From a virus (Duplodnaviria > Heunggongvirae > Uroviricota > Caudoviricetes): a stretch of 26,467 nucleotides of DNA. The position numbers and the translations under genes are program-made. Positions 1 to 9,312 of the stretch are shown in pieces. The notes under the pieces were generated by a model, which saw only the letters and a list, made by a program, of their open reading frames with translations, had not been told where the DNA came from and did not search any database. How positions within the stretch are numbered: the stretch's first letter is position 1; each line of letters begins with the position of its first letter. Where the stretch lies: positions 1-26,467 of IMG/VR virus record IMGVR_UViG_2654588181_000005; one strand, written 5' to 3'.

Positions 1-1236
1 CTACGATAACCGCGCATTCAACATGGCTATCTGTTCGTCGTTCATGTCATCAATCCACATACCGTAAATTTCATACACCATCTGCGCAGTTTCATGCCCC
101 ATTTGGCTGGCTATAAATGCCGGGTTCGCTCCTGCCGTCAACAGCCAGCAGGCAAAAGTATGCCGCGTATGGTACGGATTACGGCGGCGAATACCAGCAC
201 GTTTTACTGCTGCATTCCACCTTGCCCCCAAACTGCTTACCGAGTAATAAGGTTTCTGTTTTCCGTTACACACCCTTGGCATGAAAACAAAATGCAGTTT
301 TTGCTTTTCGGTTCTGCCGTACTCCCGATGATAAAAGGTGATTTCGCTTTTGCGATGATGCCCGGTCAGTTTGTATTGCTCCTTCAGTGCTTCAAGAGCA
401 GGCTGCAGTAATGTTACCGTCCGGATCCCGGCATTTGTTTTTGGGGGACCGAACATATCAAGTATCGTCAGGTTTCTTCTGACATTCACAATTCCCTTCT
501 CGAAATCCACATCCTCCCACGCCAGAGCTGCCAGTTCCCCGTGACGAAGCCCGGAGTAAACGGCAAATTTCCACAAGTTTTGGCTCTGTCCTTTTTCACT
601 TTCCATTAATGCATTGAATTCTGTTTTAGATAACGGGTCAGGCTTTATTCTGTTTCGCTGTAATTTTTTTACTCCTTCAAATGGTTTGGTTGATATAAAT
701 CCCGACTGATACGCAAAACGTAACAGCGAACAGAGCAGGGCGATATAGTTATCAACTGTGCGCACGGTTCTTCCTTTTTTGTTGGATCTTGGATTATCCA
801 GGTAAAGCGTTTCTCCATGCAGCAGTTCATTCCGGTAGTTTAAGATATCGCTATAACGAATATATGATATCGGGGTACTTTCACAAATTATTATTCTGAG
901 TGTTTTTAATTGTGATTTCGTTTTCTTCATTGTGTTTGTTGTTAACTCTGTCTCTTTAATTTTTGTCCAGATATCACAAAGCTCCCCGAACGTTTTTATG
1001 ACTCTCGTTGTCACCATTTTTGCCCCAGTGCTGGACTGGGGAAAACGTCTTAAATACTCAAATTCACCGGAGTTTATTTCATGAACTATCAGCGCTCTTA
1101 AATTTCCGGCCTTTTTAATATTACTGTTTGTAATCTCCCAGCCTTTTAATGTTTCCCGACATCGTTTTCCTCGAAACATGAACCAGATGCGAATGTTTCT
1201 ACCTCTAATCTCGACACCTGTTGGTAATTTAGACAT
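1..1236 (-). CDS. intR: Tyrosine site-specific integrase (Rac IntR-like)
   Basis: 411-aa ORF starting MSKLPTGVEIRGRNIRIWF, with C-terminal R..HTRHT..Y recombinase residues; first gene of the prophage with xis immediately upstream. Confidence 0.9.
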   Translation of the reverse strand: MSKLPTGVEIRGRNIRIWFMFRGKRCRETLKGWEITNSNIKKAGNLRALIVHEINSGEFEYLRRFPQSSTGAKMVTTRVIKTFGELCDIWTKIKETELTTNTMKKTKSQLKTLRIIICESTPISYIRYSDILNYRNELLHGETLYLDNPRSNKKGRTVRTVDNYIALLCSLLRFAYQSGFISTKPFEGVKKLQRNRIKPDPLSKTEFNALMESEKGQSQNLWKFAVYSGLRHGELAALAWEDVDFEKGIVNVRRNLTILDMFGPPKTNAGIRTVTLLQPALEALKEQYKLTGHHRKSEITFYHREYGRTEKQKLHFVFMPRVCNGKQKPYYSVSSLGARWNAAVKRAGIRRRNPYHTRHTFACWLLTAGANPAFIASQMGHETAQMVYEIYGMWIDDMNDEQIAMLNARLS

Positions 1237-1237
1237 A

Positions 1238-1453
1238 TCATGAGTCTTTGATAAACTGATTTATCTTTGGATAGTTGTACCAGATAATCCCTCGTTTGCT
1301 GTCTGGCTTACCTAAAGGAGATACTCGTTTGAAGTGGAAGCCCTCCACCCAACAGTTCTGGCGATATGCTTCAATTTGTCTGGCCCCCAGACCAGTGCGA
1401 AGCATCAGGCCGTATTCAACCATCCACTCTTCATTAAAGATTACTTGTGCCAT
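1238..1453 (-). CDS. ydaQ: Excisionase-like protein (YdaQ-like)
   Basis: 71 aa from [22 protein letters not shown] ribosome-binding site before the ATG at 1453; directly upstream of int. Confidence 0.7.
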   Translation of the reverse strand: MAQVIFNEEWMVEYGLMLRTGLGARQIEAYRQNCWVEGFHFKRVSPLGKPDSKRGIIWYNYPKINQFIKDS

Positions 1454-1552
1454 CGCATCACCTCTGGCAGGCGCCAATGTTAGACTGAAATTGACGCCTG
1501 ATGTTGATTATTTATAATCAGCTATGAAGTTTTAATTTGAATACAATGCAAT

Positions 1553-1741
1553 TCACGAGGACTGAAGTTTCTCGCAATTAAAATTTATCAGTTTTACTTT
1601 CTGCTCTCTGGAAACGCCTGCTTCTTTTTTACCTGAGAGCATTTTTTCGCATTCTGATTTCGTTAGTTTAGATTTTGAATATCTTGTCCAGTTAGTAGGA
1701 GTGCCACCTTCCTTTTCAATTGTAGCGGTAATTTTATACAT
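1553..1741 (-). CDS. ydaC: Small Rac-type early protein (YdaC-like)
   Basis: 62 aa from MYKITATIEKEGG; GGAGG 6 nt before the ATG at 1741; start overlaps the lar stop by 8 nt. Confidence 0.6.
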   Translation of the reverse strand: MYKITATIEKEGGTPTNWTRYSKSKLTKSECEKMLSGKKEAGVSREQKVKLINFNCEKLQSS

Positions 1742-1940
1742 GAACGCCTCCATTAATATTTTCAGTGGTTCGTTTATTCCATCTTTCGAGCGCTTCTTTT
1801 TCACTTCCACCATAGCCAGTTCGGGATTCGCATCCGTTGCATTTTGCCCGGTAATATCCTGAAATGTCTTTCACCGTTACTGATGGACAACCACAAAACG
1901 GACATGGTTTAACATCGTCATATCTCAAAGTTTTTGTCAT
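1734..1940 (-). CDS. ralR: Restriction alleviation protein Lar/RalR
   Basis: MTKTLRYDDVKPCPFCGCPSVTVKDISGYYRAKCNGCESRTGYGG, a Cys-rich zinc-ribbon sequence recalled as Lar; sits upstream of recT as in Rac. Confidence 0.8.
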   Translation of the reverse strand: MTKTLRYDDVKPCPFCGCPSVTVKDISGYYRAKCNGCESRTGYGGSEKEALERWNKRTTENINGGVHV

Positions 1941-1984
1941 AAAAACTATCTCACGTTGGCGGTGCATTACACCGCCGGGCTGGA

Positions 1985-2818
1985 TTATTCTTCTGGATTA
2001 TCGATTACACTGTATTCCCCGGCTATAACCGATATGTCGTCTGGATTAATTGTTTCCACCTCTTTTCCATCCATCGATACTGCACGCTGGATTTCAATAG
2101 ATACCGGCAGATACTTGAACAGTTTTCGTATCACTGTCTTTTTGGCCATGTCTTCAAAGTGTTCATCCCAGATGGACGACGCCCCTTTTGACGCTGCGTT
2201 TTTTGCCGCCTTGCTGTGTGTGTCGCGAACTTTTTCTACCTGTTTGCGGGTCATGACTTCAAACTGCACTCCTCCGTCTTTCAGTTTTGCAACAGCATAG
2301 ACATGGGTTATAGGGGCATCTTCGTTTTCACCGGGACGATGAACCAGTTTTTCATCAAGGCCAAGTTCATAGCTGAATTCATCACATTCACGGACAACAC
2401 GAGCTGACAGACTGATGATTTGACCTGATCGACGGGCAAGGTCGATCATGCCGCGATAACCGATGATCAGCTGTACGTTCTTCTTACCGTTTTTTGCTTT
2501 TCCGTTGCCGAACGGTAGCAGATATGCATGACCGAGGGCGCTACCTGGCTCAAGTCCGAGCTGTGAACACTGTACGATGGCACCGATAAAACTCGTCGAG
2601 TCACAGTTTCTTAGTTCCGGTACTTTACGGATTTCTGTTGTAGCAATGCGGATCATGCGTTCCGCTGTCATGTGACGTGGCAGAGCTGCTGCCAGTTGCG
2701 CTTTCATTGCCGGGCTGTTAATCACGCACAGCACATCCTTATCGTTAACTGCTGCTGGTGCACGGTTTCCCTGAGTTTTTTGCAGATCGGCTTTTGCGAT
2801 AGGTGGTTGCTTAGTCAT
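1985..2818 (-). CDS. recT: RecT single-strand annealing protein
   Basis: Translation from [42 protein letters not shown] matches RecT as recalled; start overlaps the recE stop. Confidence 0.9.
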   Translation of the reverse strand: MTKQPPIAKADLQKTQGNRAPAAVNDKDVLCVINSPAMKAQLAAALPRHMTAERMIRIATTEIRKVPELRNCDSTSFIGAIVQCSQLGLEPGSALGHAYLLPFGNGKAKNGKKNVQLIIGYRGMIDLARRSGQIISLSARVVRECDEFSYELGLDEKLVHRPGENEDAPITHVYAVAKLKDGGVQFEVMTRKQVEKVRDTHSKAAKNAASKGASSIWDEHFEDMAKKTVIRKLFKYLPVSIEIQRAVSMDGKEVETINPDDISVIAGEYSVIDNPEE

Positions 2819-5462
2819 TTGCATACTCCTTAGCCCAGCGGGGCAGTGATAACGTCTTAATAGCTGGCCATTCATCGGTATTTAGGCAGTCAGCCAGGGT
2901 CCGCAGATTGCGGTGATATTCCTGCTGGCCTGCCAGTTTTGCTTCTTCGCCCATCATGAAAATCTCAACCGGATAACGTCCGCATTCAACAGTTGTGCTG
3001 GCAACCAGAAAAACGAAAGTTGGCTGCACACCAAACTGTGCTTCATAACCGTCACTGTAGAATGCATCCTGAACGTGATAGCGGTAGTCGTAATAAGCCG
3101 TTTTGAATCGTTGAATATCCGCTGTGGTTTTCACGTCCATGATCCAGTGAAATTCAGGAATAATTTTGTCCGGACGGCACCGACACAAAATTCCTGTTTC
3201 CGGATCTTCCCAGTAAATTGATGATTCAGCGTGTCCGGCGCTTTCAACAAGCCATTGCCCCAGCGGCAAAGCCATAACGCTTTGATACATGAGTTCAATT
3301 TTCCGGCCTTCTTCCGCAGTGATAACCGTTTTTCCTGTGCTTGCGCATTCCATCAGAAACGCTTTCTCTTCTTCTTTTCCGGCGTTTGTACGGCGGTTAA
3401 ATTCAGGTGCTACGATAAAGCGGTTACTGAATTCTTCCGGTTCAAGTACCCGGCAGTGGAAAGCGGTTCCTAAATCGAGCGTTTTTGTCTTTGTAGTGTC
3501 CACGGGGGCATTTTTACGCCACAAATACAGTGCCGGAGTATCAGCAATGTCATCGAGCTGAGACTTACTGACACCGGGACCCGCGTGGTAATTCTCATTC
3601 GAAATTCCGTAATAAATACCTGGCTCTATGTCTTCTACGATTACGGGATCTGCGACTTCGCCAGTTTCATCACTGCAATCGCGATGCGGATCGCTGCCAG
3701 CATTCTCATTGTGCGGATGTTCAGCGCCTTCCATTTCCTCCGGATCTTTTTCCTTAGCTTCAACCTGATTCTCTTCACCGAATGTTTCCTGGTATGTTGC
3801 GTCGCCCATCACCGCACCACAGTCAGGGCAGTTATCCCCGCCAGTCTGACCGCAGGCATTGCAGACTATTTCCGGTTCCTGTTGCACTACTGGCTCAGGT
3901 TGTTTCGCATCCGGGCTGATTTTTTCCGTTTCTGGCTGGTTCTGGTACACAGAATCGCGAGTCTGGATCCCCTTAACCCATTTCGGATCGTTCGGGTCGC
4001 TAATTCCGTCAACAAATTCACCACGTGATGCAGCAAGCAATTTATCGGCATCGACAGGATTTTTTGATGGAATGTTTTTCCGGGCTTCCTGGAGTTCTGC
4101 CCGCAGTTCCTGATATTTCGCATCAACAGAATTTACCTGTGACTGAGCATCCAGCGGCTGCGTGTTCTGATGATGTTCAGTTGCATTCGGTTCCACTGTT
4201 TCAGCCGTTGCCTGTTCATCTGCCATTGCGCCAGATGGTTGTGGTTTTTCTTCATCGTCCTGTTTTCCTTCTTCTGTTACTCGCTGCGGCATCGGGGCCG
4301 AGGAGCGACCGCAGGCAATATCCACGATTTCCGGATCAGGGTTGGCATGATCGGTTTCAGTCAGTACTTTGTTCAGATATTCAGTGACGTGTGCGGGGAT
4401 GACCTCGATCCCAATTGGTGCTTCTTTTACGGACGCAACCACGATGGCGCGGGAATAATCCAGCCCACCAGGCATGGTGATGAATTTGTCGCGGAAAACA
4501 GAAAAGGGTGGTTTATTTTCAGCGATAATTTCCTCGACACGTTTAGCGTGTGCCGGATGAAGGTTATAAATGTCCACGTCCATTGAACGAGCCAGTACGC
4601 CAGTGGCTACGTCGCGCGCCAGTGACGTCAGATCGTGAACGAAACCTTCGCCGCGATCGGTGAGGTTCCCGCCGCCAGCATTAGCGCCGGAAGCCGTGCG
4701 CGTGATGCGTGAAACACGATTTCCTTTTCGCCATTCTTTTGTCAGAAGACCGCGATCAATGTGTTCGGTATCCAGCCAGGCTGAAATGAAATTCTTAAAT
4801 TCATAGGGCTGATGTTTTTTCGTGATAGAGAACACTGCCTTAATTGCATCAGTCAGGCGGAGCAGGGCGGCATTATCCAGAGTTGTCGGTTCTGCCATGC
4901 TGCGTATGGCCAACAGCAGATTCTGGACATAGCTGTTTTCCTGATCCATCTCAAGAGCAGTAATGTGTTTGCGTTGTTCACGGGTGGCATGATGCAGGTA
5001 TTTCCGATCCCCGGCTGCATACGTAAAAATGTGCAGAAGACGCTGTGTGAACCGCAAAGTGGCTACAGAGACTTCGCAATCCTGGCAATCCTCGTGGGCG
5101 TCTGCCTGCGCGTTTTCTTCCTGGCCTCCCGCCAGTTCTTTGGTTTCTTGAGCATTATCCTGGTGGTGAACGTCGTCTGGCGCTGCTCCCGGTTTTAGTT
5201 CCCAGGTCATTGAGTCTTTGCTGAGTTGATAGCGTTCACTCCAGGTAAAATCGATCTCACCTTCAGGGGGAAGGTCATTAACGACAGGAAAATTCGTGGC
5301 AACAGGTTTAAAATAGCTGCTCAGTTTTTTACCTGACTTAACGAGCAGGTAGTCCAGAGTGGCACAGGTCGATTCAAAATCGTCGCTTGCCCACAGGACG
5401 ACGTCAGGTTCACCGGATGATTTTTTCGCTTTCCGTAACAGGAAGAGTGGTTTTGTGCTCAT
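2811..5462 (-). CDS. recE: RecE exonuclease VIII
   Basis: 883-aa ORF starting [47 protein letters not shown], typical of Rac RecE; adjacent to recT. Confidence 0.9.
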   Translation of the reverse strand: MSTKPLFLLRKAKKSSGEPDVVLWASDDFESTCATLDYLLVKSGKKLSSYFKPVATNFPVVNDLPPEGEIDFTWSERYQLSKDSMTWELKPGAAPDDVHHQDNAQETKELAGGQEENAQADAHEDCQDCEVSVATLRFTQRLLHIFTYAAGDRKYLHHATREQRKHITALEMDQENSYVQNLLLAIRSMAEPTTLDNAALLRLTDAIKAVFSITKKHQPYEFKNFISAWLDTEHIDRGLLTKEWRKGNRVSRITRTASGANAGGGNLTDRGEGFVHDLTSLARDVATGVLARSMDVDIYNLHPAHAKRVEEIIAENKPPFSVFRDKFITMPGGLDYSRAIVVASVKEAPIGIEVIPAHVTEYLNKVLTETDHANPDPEIVDIACGRSSAPMPQRVTEEGKQDDEEKPQPSGAMADEQATAETVEPNATEHHQNTQPLDAQSQVNSVDAKYQELRAELQEARKNIPSKNPVDADKLLAASRGEFVDGISDPNDPKWVKGIQTRDSVYQNQPETEKISPDAKQPEPVVQQEPEIVCNACGQTGGDNCPDCGAVMGDATYQETFGEENQVEAKEKDPEEMEGAEHPHNENAGSDPHRDCSDETGEVADPVIVEDIEPGIYYGISNENYHAGPGVSKSQLDDIADTPALYLWRKNAPVDTTKTKTLDLGTAFHCRVLEPEEFSNRFIVAPEFNRRTNAGKEEEKAFLMECASTGKTVITAEEGRKIELMYQSVMALPLGQWLVESAGHAESSIYWEDPETGILCRCRPDKIIPEFHWIMDVKTTADIQRFKTAYYDYRYHVQDAFYSDGYEAQFGVQPTFVFLVASTTVECGRYPVEIFMMGEEAKLAGQQEYHRNLRTLADCLNTDEWPAIKTLSLPRWAKEYAND

Positions 5463-5563
5463 TGTTTTTTAACCTCAACTCAGATTAAAATTCGTTTTGT
5501 TCAGTGAATGATCTTGCCGGATACACACTGTTCATAGCCTGCGTATGGCGCAGGCTATTTCTT

Positions 5564-5839
5564 TCAGATTTCACCGCCTAATTTCATTGCAATCAGAGTT
5601 GCCAGAAATCCGGCTTTTTTTTCTGCGGGCAGATTCTTTCCGATGTGAACCAGGCACATTTTTGTGACACCTTCATCAAGTGTTTTTACGTTGCCTGATG
5701 GACCGTCGATATCAACCACAGTGAATGGGGTTTCTTTATTTTCTGTTTTAATCACGTAGCCAATACGCTTTCCTTCCAGATTAACCTCGTGAACAATGTC
5801 ATCGGTAGTTACAACAGTGGCTTCATAATTGGTAATCAT
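5564..5839 (-). CDS. racC: RacC
   Basis: 91 aa from MITNYEATVVTTDDIVHEVNLEGKRIGYVIKTENK; AGGAGA ribosome-binding site upstream of the ATG at 5839. Confidence 0.8.
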   Translation of the reverse strand: MITNYEATVVTTDDIVHEVNLEGKRIGYVIKTENKETPFTVVDIDGPSGNVKTLDEGVTKMCLVHIGKNLPAEKKAGFLATLIAMKLGGEI

Positions 5840-5913
5840 GTTTTTCTCCTTAATTAAGGTTGAGCGAATCCCTGCCATTGCTGGCATAAATTCAGTTTCG
5901 AATAGTCAGTTAA

Positions 5914-6084
5914 TTAAAGTTCGTGTGCCATCTGGTCTTTTTCGGCACAAATTTCACTACAATATTTTTTCATTTCCGTCGTTGGGATAACTCCACGCAT
6001 GAAATGAAGTGGTCTTTTAATACTTTTGCTTTCTTCAATTTCTTTATTGCAAAGGTGGTAAGCACATTTTATTTTCTTAGTCAT
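5914..6084 (-). CDS. ydaE: YdaE-like small Cys4 protein
   Basis: Hand-translated 56-aa ORF absent from the supplied track (below its length cutoff): [56 protein letters not shown]; its ATG overlaps the kilR TGA by 1 nt. Confidence 0.7.
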   Translation of the reverse strand: MTKKIKCAYHLCNKEIEESKSIKRPLHFMRGVIPTTEMKKYCSEICAEKDQMAHEL

Positions 6085-6305
6085 CACCATGACTCCGCCT
6101 TTACAGGTAAACCATCACGACCGAGGAAGACTTTAATCATGCAGTCAGTAATGCATGTTTTTGTAGTCAGGTTACGAATATAAAGTTTTCGCTTTTTAAT
6201 ATTGTTTGCCGAGGCAATATATGTCCGGCCTTCATGAAGAATATAGTCACCAGGAGTCACACACTGACGTGGTATTTCATCAGTTCCGAAGTGATGTGCA
6301 ATCAT
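6084..6305 (-). CDS. kilR: KilR cell-division inhibitor
   Basis: 73 aa from [51 protein letters not shown] ribosome-binding site before the ATG at 6305. Confidence 0.85.
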   Translation of the reverse strand: MIAHHFGTDEIPRQCVTPGDYILHEGRTYIASANNIKKRKLYIRNLTTKTCITDCMIKVFLGRDGLPVKAESW

Positions 6306-6725
6306 AATTATCTCCATTTTTACAAATGAACTTTGTTGATGCGGTGCCTAGTGCCTCCAGGTGACTGCAACCAGTTAACAATTACAGTCGGCTTTCCCAC
6401 CCAAACCAATAAGGACTAACATGACTTTTAACTGTGCCGCGTGCGCTTAGCCGCATTCACCGCATCACAAAATTCACTTTAAAAAGGGCGGACATCAGTC
6501 GAACTTCAAGAAAAAACTGATGCCGCCAAGACTACACACAGCAGTGTTGTTATCCACAACCGGAGGCGCACTCCCACCATTTAAATTTAACAGACAAGAC
6601 CGACTCTTTATGGATATCGGAAATGCGACTTCGTGTTGTGCCCGGTTTTATTTCACCACCTCCGGGCTTTGGTGGTTTCTGCTATACCCCTACAGCGAGA
6701 ATATTGAATTAATCCAAATAATGGA

Positions 6726-6878
6726 TTAGCAAGTATTTCTGGCAAGCCAGCGACGTGCGCCCGTTTCAGTTTTGAATGTCTTGCTTTTGGTATACGTCAT
6801 GGCGGTGAACGTTCCATCCTGGTTGGGGAACACGCCGCACACCAGGGATTCGTTATTGCCGAGGTCGATTTTTTGCAT
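6726..6878 (-). CDS. ydaF: Small Rac early protein (YdaF-like, 50 aa)
   Basis: Hand-translated: MQKIDLGNNESLVCGVFPNQDGTFTAMTYTKSKTFKTETGARRWLARNTC; symbol assigned from size and gene order. Confidence 0.55.
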   Translation of the reverse strand: MQKIDLGNNESLVCGVFPNQDGTFTAMTYTKSKTFKTETGARRWLARNTC

Positions 6879-6888
6879 TTTTCGCACC

Positions 6889-7023
6889 TCACATTTTGTT
6901 GTTGCGGATAGAGGCTTCTGCCTGCCAGAGATCCCAGTCGTTGCTGCGTAGAGCCTGTACAGCCTGGCTGTAAGTGATATCGCAACAATCCATCAAATAC
7001 TGAACTACTTCGTAATGCACCAT
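6889..7023 (-). CDS. ydaG: Small Rac early protein (YdaG-like, 44 aa)
   Basis: Hand-translated: MVHYEVVQYLMDCCDITYSQAVQALRSNDWDLWQAEASIRNNKM; symbol assigned from size and gene order. Confidence 0.55.
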   Translation of the reverse strand: MVHYEVVQYLMDCCDITYSQAVQALRSNDWDLWQAEASIRNNKM

Positions 7024-7192
7024 CTTATCTCTCCCCTTAACGCCGGGTGGCGGAACTAACTGCTGCACTGCAAAATTTGAATCCCGCCGTCATGTTCATA
7101 CGCCTCGGGCTGGCTACTTAACCCCTTACCACTGCCTGGTAACTCGAAGTATTGCCCGGCGTTCTGTGGGGCGGGGTGGGTGGTATGCTGGA

Positions 7193-7237
7193 ACTATAGG
7201 TAATGCCTAATTGATTGTCAATAGGCTATGCCTAATG
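7193..7237 (-). promoter_or_regulatory. Leftward early promoter (PL-like) with repressor-operator motifs
   Basis: On the minus strand: -35 TTGACA (7221..7216), 17-bp spacer, -10 TATAGT (7198..7193); ATGCCTAAT motif at 7203-7211 and 7228-7236; contains the 22-mer CATTAGGCATAGCCTATTGACA. Confidence 0.6.
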
Positions 7238-7330
7238 TTTTGGGTGTAACCTAATAGGTGATGGCGACAGGAGAAAGTGATGGGGGGTTAAATAACGGAA
7301 TCCAGGAGTTTTCCGTCAGACCATATAAGT

Positions 7331-7807
7331 TTAAGTTCCAGTTTTTGTGATGTTCTGGCTTTTCCGTTCAGATTCTAGAGCTTTCAGATACTTACCCACT
7401 TTCATTTCCATCGCTGCTATGTAGGCGCGAACATCGTGGTCAACCCAATCTGGTTCTGTAGCATTTCCAGATAACAGGAAAGCTACAATCGCTCTTATTT
7501 CATCAGAGGCTGCTTGATAAAGGTTGTTTATATCTAAAAGTTCACTTTTTGTATCTGAATTGGTGGGGGTTGGTATGGGGTATTCGTTAAGCCCCCAATG
7601 CTCTGGACCAACAACATCAGAAAAGAAACGCCATAATTCTGGAAGTTTATCTTTACTTATGGAGCCTTTCTTAATCCAGTCATAAATTGATGGTGGTTGG
7701 ATTTTGAAGTGGCGTGCGACCTCCGCCTTTGATTTGACGGATCCCGATGCGATTTTTTTGTTAATGGCCTGCTCTATCGCTCGGCCTAAGTCTTTACCAC
7801 TAAGCAT
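7331..7807 (-). CDS. racR: RacR prophage repressor
   Basis: 158 aa starting MLSGKDLGRAIEQAINKKIASGSVKSKAEVARHFKIQPPSIYDWIKKG (HTH); divergent from ydaS. Confidence 0.9.
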   Translation of the reverse strand: MLSGKDLGRAIEQAINKKIASGSVKSKAEVARHFKIQPPSIYDWIKKGSISKDKLPELWRFFSDVVGPEHWGLNEYPIPTPTNSDTKSELLDINNLYQAASDEIRAIVAFLLSGNATEPDWVDHDVRAYIAAMEMKVGKYLKALESERKSQNITKTGT

Positions 7808-7834
7808 TGCTTAATATTCTCCTATGCTCATTGC

Positions 7835-7906
7835 ATTAGGCAATCCCTACCTTTATCGCATTAGGCATAGCCTATTGACATTTATGTTAGGCGTCGCCTA
7901 ATATTT
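7835..7906 (+). promoter_or_regulatory. Rightward early promoter (PR-like) with operators in the racR-ydaS intergenic region
   Basis: -35 TTGACA 7875-7880, 18-bp spacer, -10 TAATAT 7899-7904; ATTAGGCA(A/T) copies at 7835-7843 and 7860-7868; perfect palindrome TTAGGCGTCGCCTAA at 7887-7901. Confidence 0.6.
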
Positions 7907-7930
7907 CTGTGTGTTTTTGGAGTTCATTCG

Positions 7931-8227
7931 ATGAAAAAAGAGAACTATTCATTCAAGCAAGCTTGTGCTGTTGTCGGTGGGCAATCAGCAATGGCTAGGC
8001 TTTTAGGTGTATCACCTCCAAGCGTAAATCAATGGATCAAAGGGGTACGTCAATTGCCTGCCGAGAGATGTCCAGCAATTGAACGAGCAACAAGAGGTGA
8101 GGTTCTGTGCGAAGAGCTTCGTCCTGATATTGACTGGTCATATTTACGACGTTCGGCATGTTGTTCGCAGAATATGTCAGTGAAGCAACTAAATGACAGT
8201 AACAAATCCTCATTTGATCATACCTGA
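7931..8227 (+). CDS. ydaS: YdaS, Cro-like HTH protein
   Basis: 98 aa starting MKKENYSFKQACAVVGGQSAMARLLGVSPPSVNQWIKGVRQLPAERC. Confidence 0.9.
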   Translation: MKKENYSFKQACAVVGGQSAMARLLGVSPPSVNQWIKGVRQLPAERCPAIERATRGEVLCEELRPDIDWSYLRRSACCSQNMSVKQLNDSNKSSFDHT

Positions 8228-8249
8228 AACATCAAGAGGCAAATGATTC

Positions 8250-8672
8250 ATGAAAATCAAGCATGAGCACATCGAATCAGTGTTGTTTGCCCTGGCAGCC
8301 GAAAAAGGGCAGGCATGGGTAGCCAATGCAATTACTGAAGAATATCTGCGCCAGGGGGGCGGCGAATTGCCCCTGGTTCCAGGCAAGGACTGGAACAATC
8401 AGCAGAATATCTATCACCGTTGGTTGAAAGGTGAAACGAAAACGCAAAGAGAAAAAATTCAGAAGCTGATCCCAGCAATTCTGGCAATCCTTCCGCGCGA
8501 GTTGCGTCACCGACTCTGCATCTTCGATACCCTGGAACGCCGTGCATTACTGGCGGCGCAAGAAGCGTTAAGTACGGCAATTGATGCGCATGATGATGCA
8601 GTCCAGGCCGTTTACCGGAAAGCGCATTTCAGCGGCGGTGGTTCGTCCGGCGATTCTGTTGTTGTTCATTAA
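8250..8672 (+). CDS. ydaT: YdaT, toxic Rac protein
   Basis: 140 aa starting MKIKHEHIESVLFALAAEKGQAWVANAITEEYLRQGGG; immediately downstream of ydaS. Confidence 0.85.
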   Translation: MKIKHEHIESVLFALAAEKGQAWVANAITEEYLRQGGGELPLVPGKDWNNQQNIYHRWLKGETKTQREKIQKLIPAILAILPRELRHRLCIFDTLERRALLAAQEALSTAIDAHDDAVQAVYRKAHFSGGGSSGDSVVVH

Positions 8673-8684
8673 GGTGATGTGGTG

Positions 8685-8981
8685 ATGGAAAAATATGAAC
8701 TGAAAAAATACCGACTTAAAACACTGGAAGGCGAAACATTGCTTCAGCGTATAGCCCGAAATGTTGCCTGGTATGCCATACGACTCTCTCTGCATCGCCA
8801 TCTTGTTAACGGGTATCCCTCGTCAACGCTGTTGTTCATCAATATCAAAGATAAAGAAAAAGCCGCAGAACACATTCGGTGGATGGAACTGGCGCAGGGA
8901 CAAGCTCTTGATATTGAGTATGGCGATGAGATCGACTACAGCAAAGCTCAACCGCTGCGCCACGTAATTTTTAGGGGGTGA
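8685..8981 (+). CDS. Hypothetical protein (98 aa), third gene of the ydaS-ydaT operon
   Basis: ATG at 8685, 13 nt after the ydaT stop; product MEKYELKKYRLKTLEGETLLQRIARNVAWYAIRL...; no family recognised. Confidence 0.5.
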   Translation: MEKYELKKYRLKTLEGETLLQRIARNVAWYAIRLSLHRHLVNGYPSSTLLFINIKDKEKAAEHIRWMELAQGQALDIEYGDEIDYSKAQPLRHVIFRG

Positions 8982-9233
8982 TTATGACATCTTTTCTTTT
9001 AGCTTTTGTAGGGCAACGATCAGTTCATCAATTTGGGTTGCATCCATTATCAACTCTAGTTTGTGATAAGCCCCGTAATTTAGCTCCTGTGTGTGGAATT
9101 CCTGGGCAAGTATTTTTACTCCTCCGCGATTGAGCATTCCTGAGGTGCTAAAAATTTTTGACTCGGTTCCAGTAATACTGTCCACCCAAAATTTTTGGGG
9201 GAATGGAGCAGACTTATCAAATGTAAAAGACAT
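8982..9233 (-). CDS. Hypothetical protein (83 aa), convergent with the upstream gene
   Basis: Strong AGGAGG ribosome-binding site about 6 nt before the ATG at 9233; product MSFTFDKSAPFPQKFWVDSITGTESKIF...; its stop codon directly abuts the stop of the 8685-8981 gene. Confidence 0.5.
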   Translation of the reverse strand: MSFTFDKSAPFPQKFWVDSITGTESKIFSTSGMLNRGGVKILAQEFHTQELNYGAYHKLELIMDATQIDELIVALQKLKEKMS

Positions 9234-9312
9234 GTCGAACCTCCTTTGGTTCTGTTGATTGGGGAATCACAGATTATATCCGGAGGAAGGTTCGACACCA
9301 GATGAGGCAATT

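Noticed and set aside
94-411. Plus-strand 105-aa ORF inside the integrase gene
   Set aside because: Entirely antisense to int; no ribosome-binding site; Cys/Arg-rich artefactual translation.
2913-5198. Multiple plus-strand ORFs inside recE (3585-4028, 4170-4586, 4812-5198 and others)
   Set aside because: Antisense shadow frames within a well-supported 883-aa gene; hydrophobic or low-complexity products without start signals.
6520-6729. Plus-strand 69-aa ORF between kilR and ydaF, considered as a sieB remnant
   Set aside because: No ribosome-binding site, opposite in orientation to the surrounding operon, and no resemblance I can confirm to SieB; kept only as part of the gap finding.
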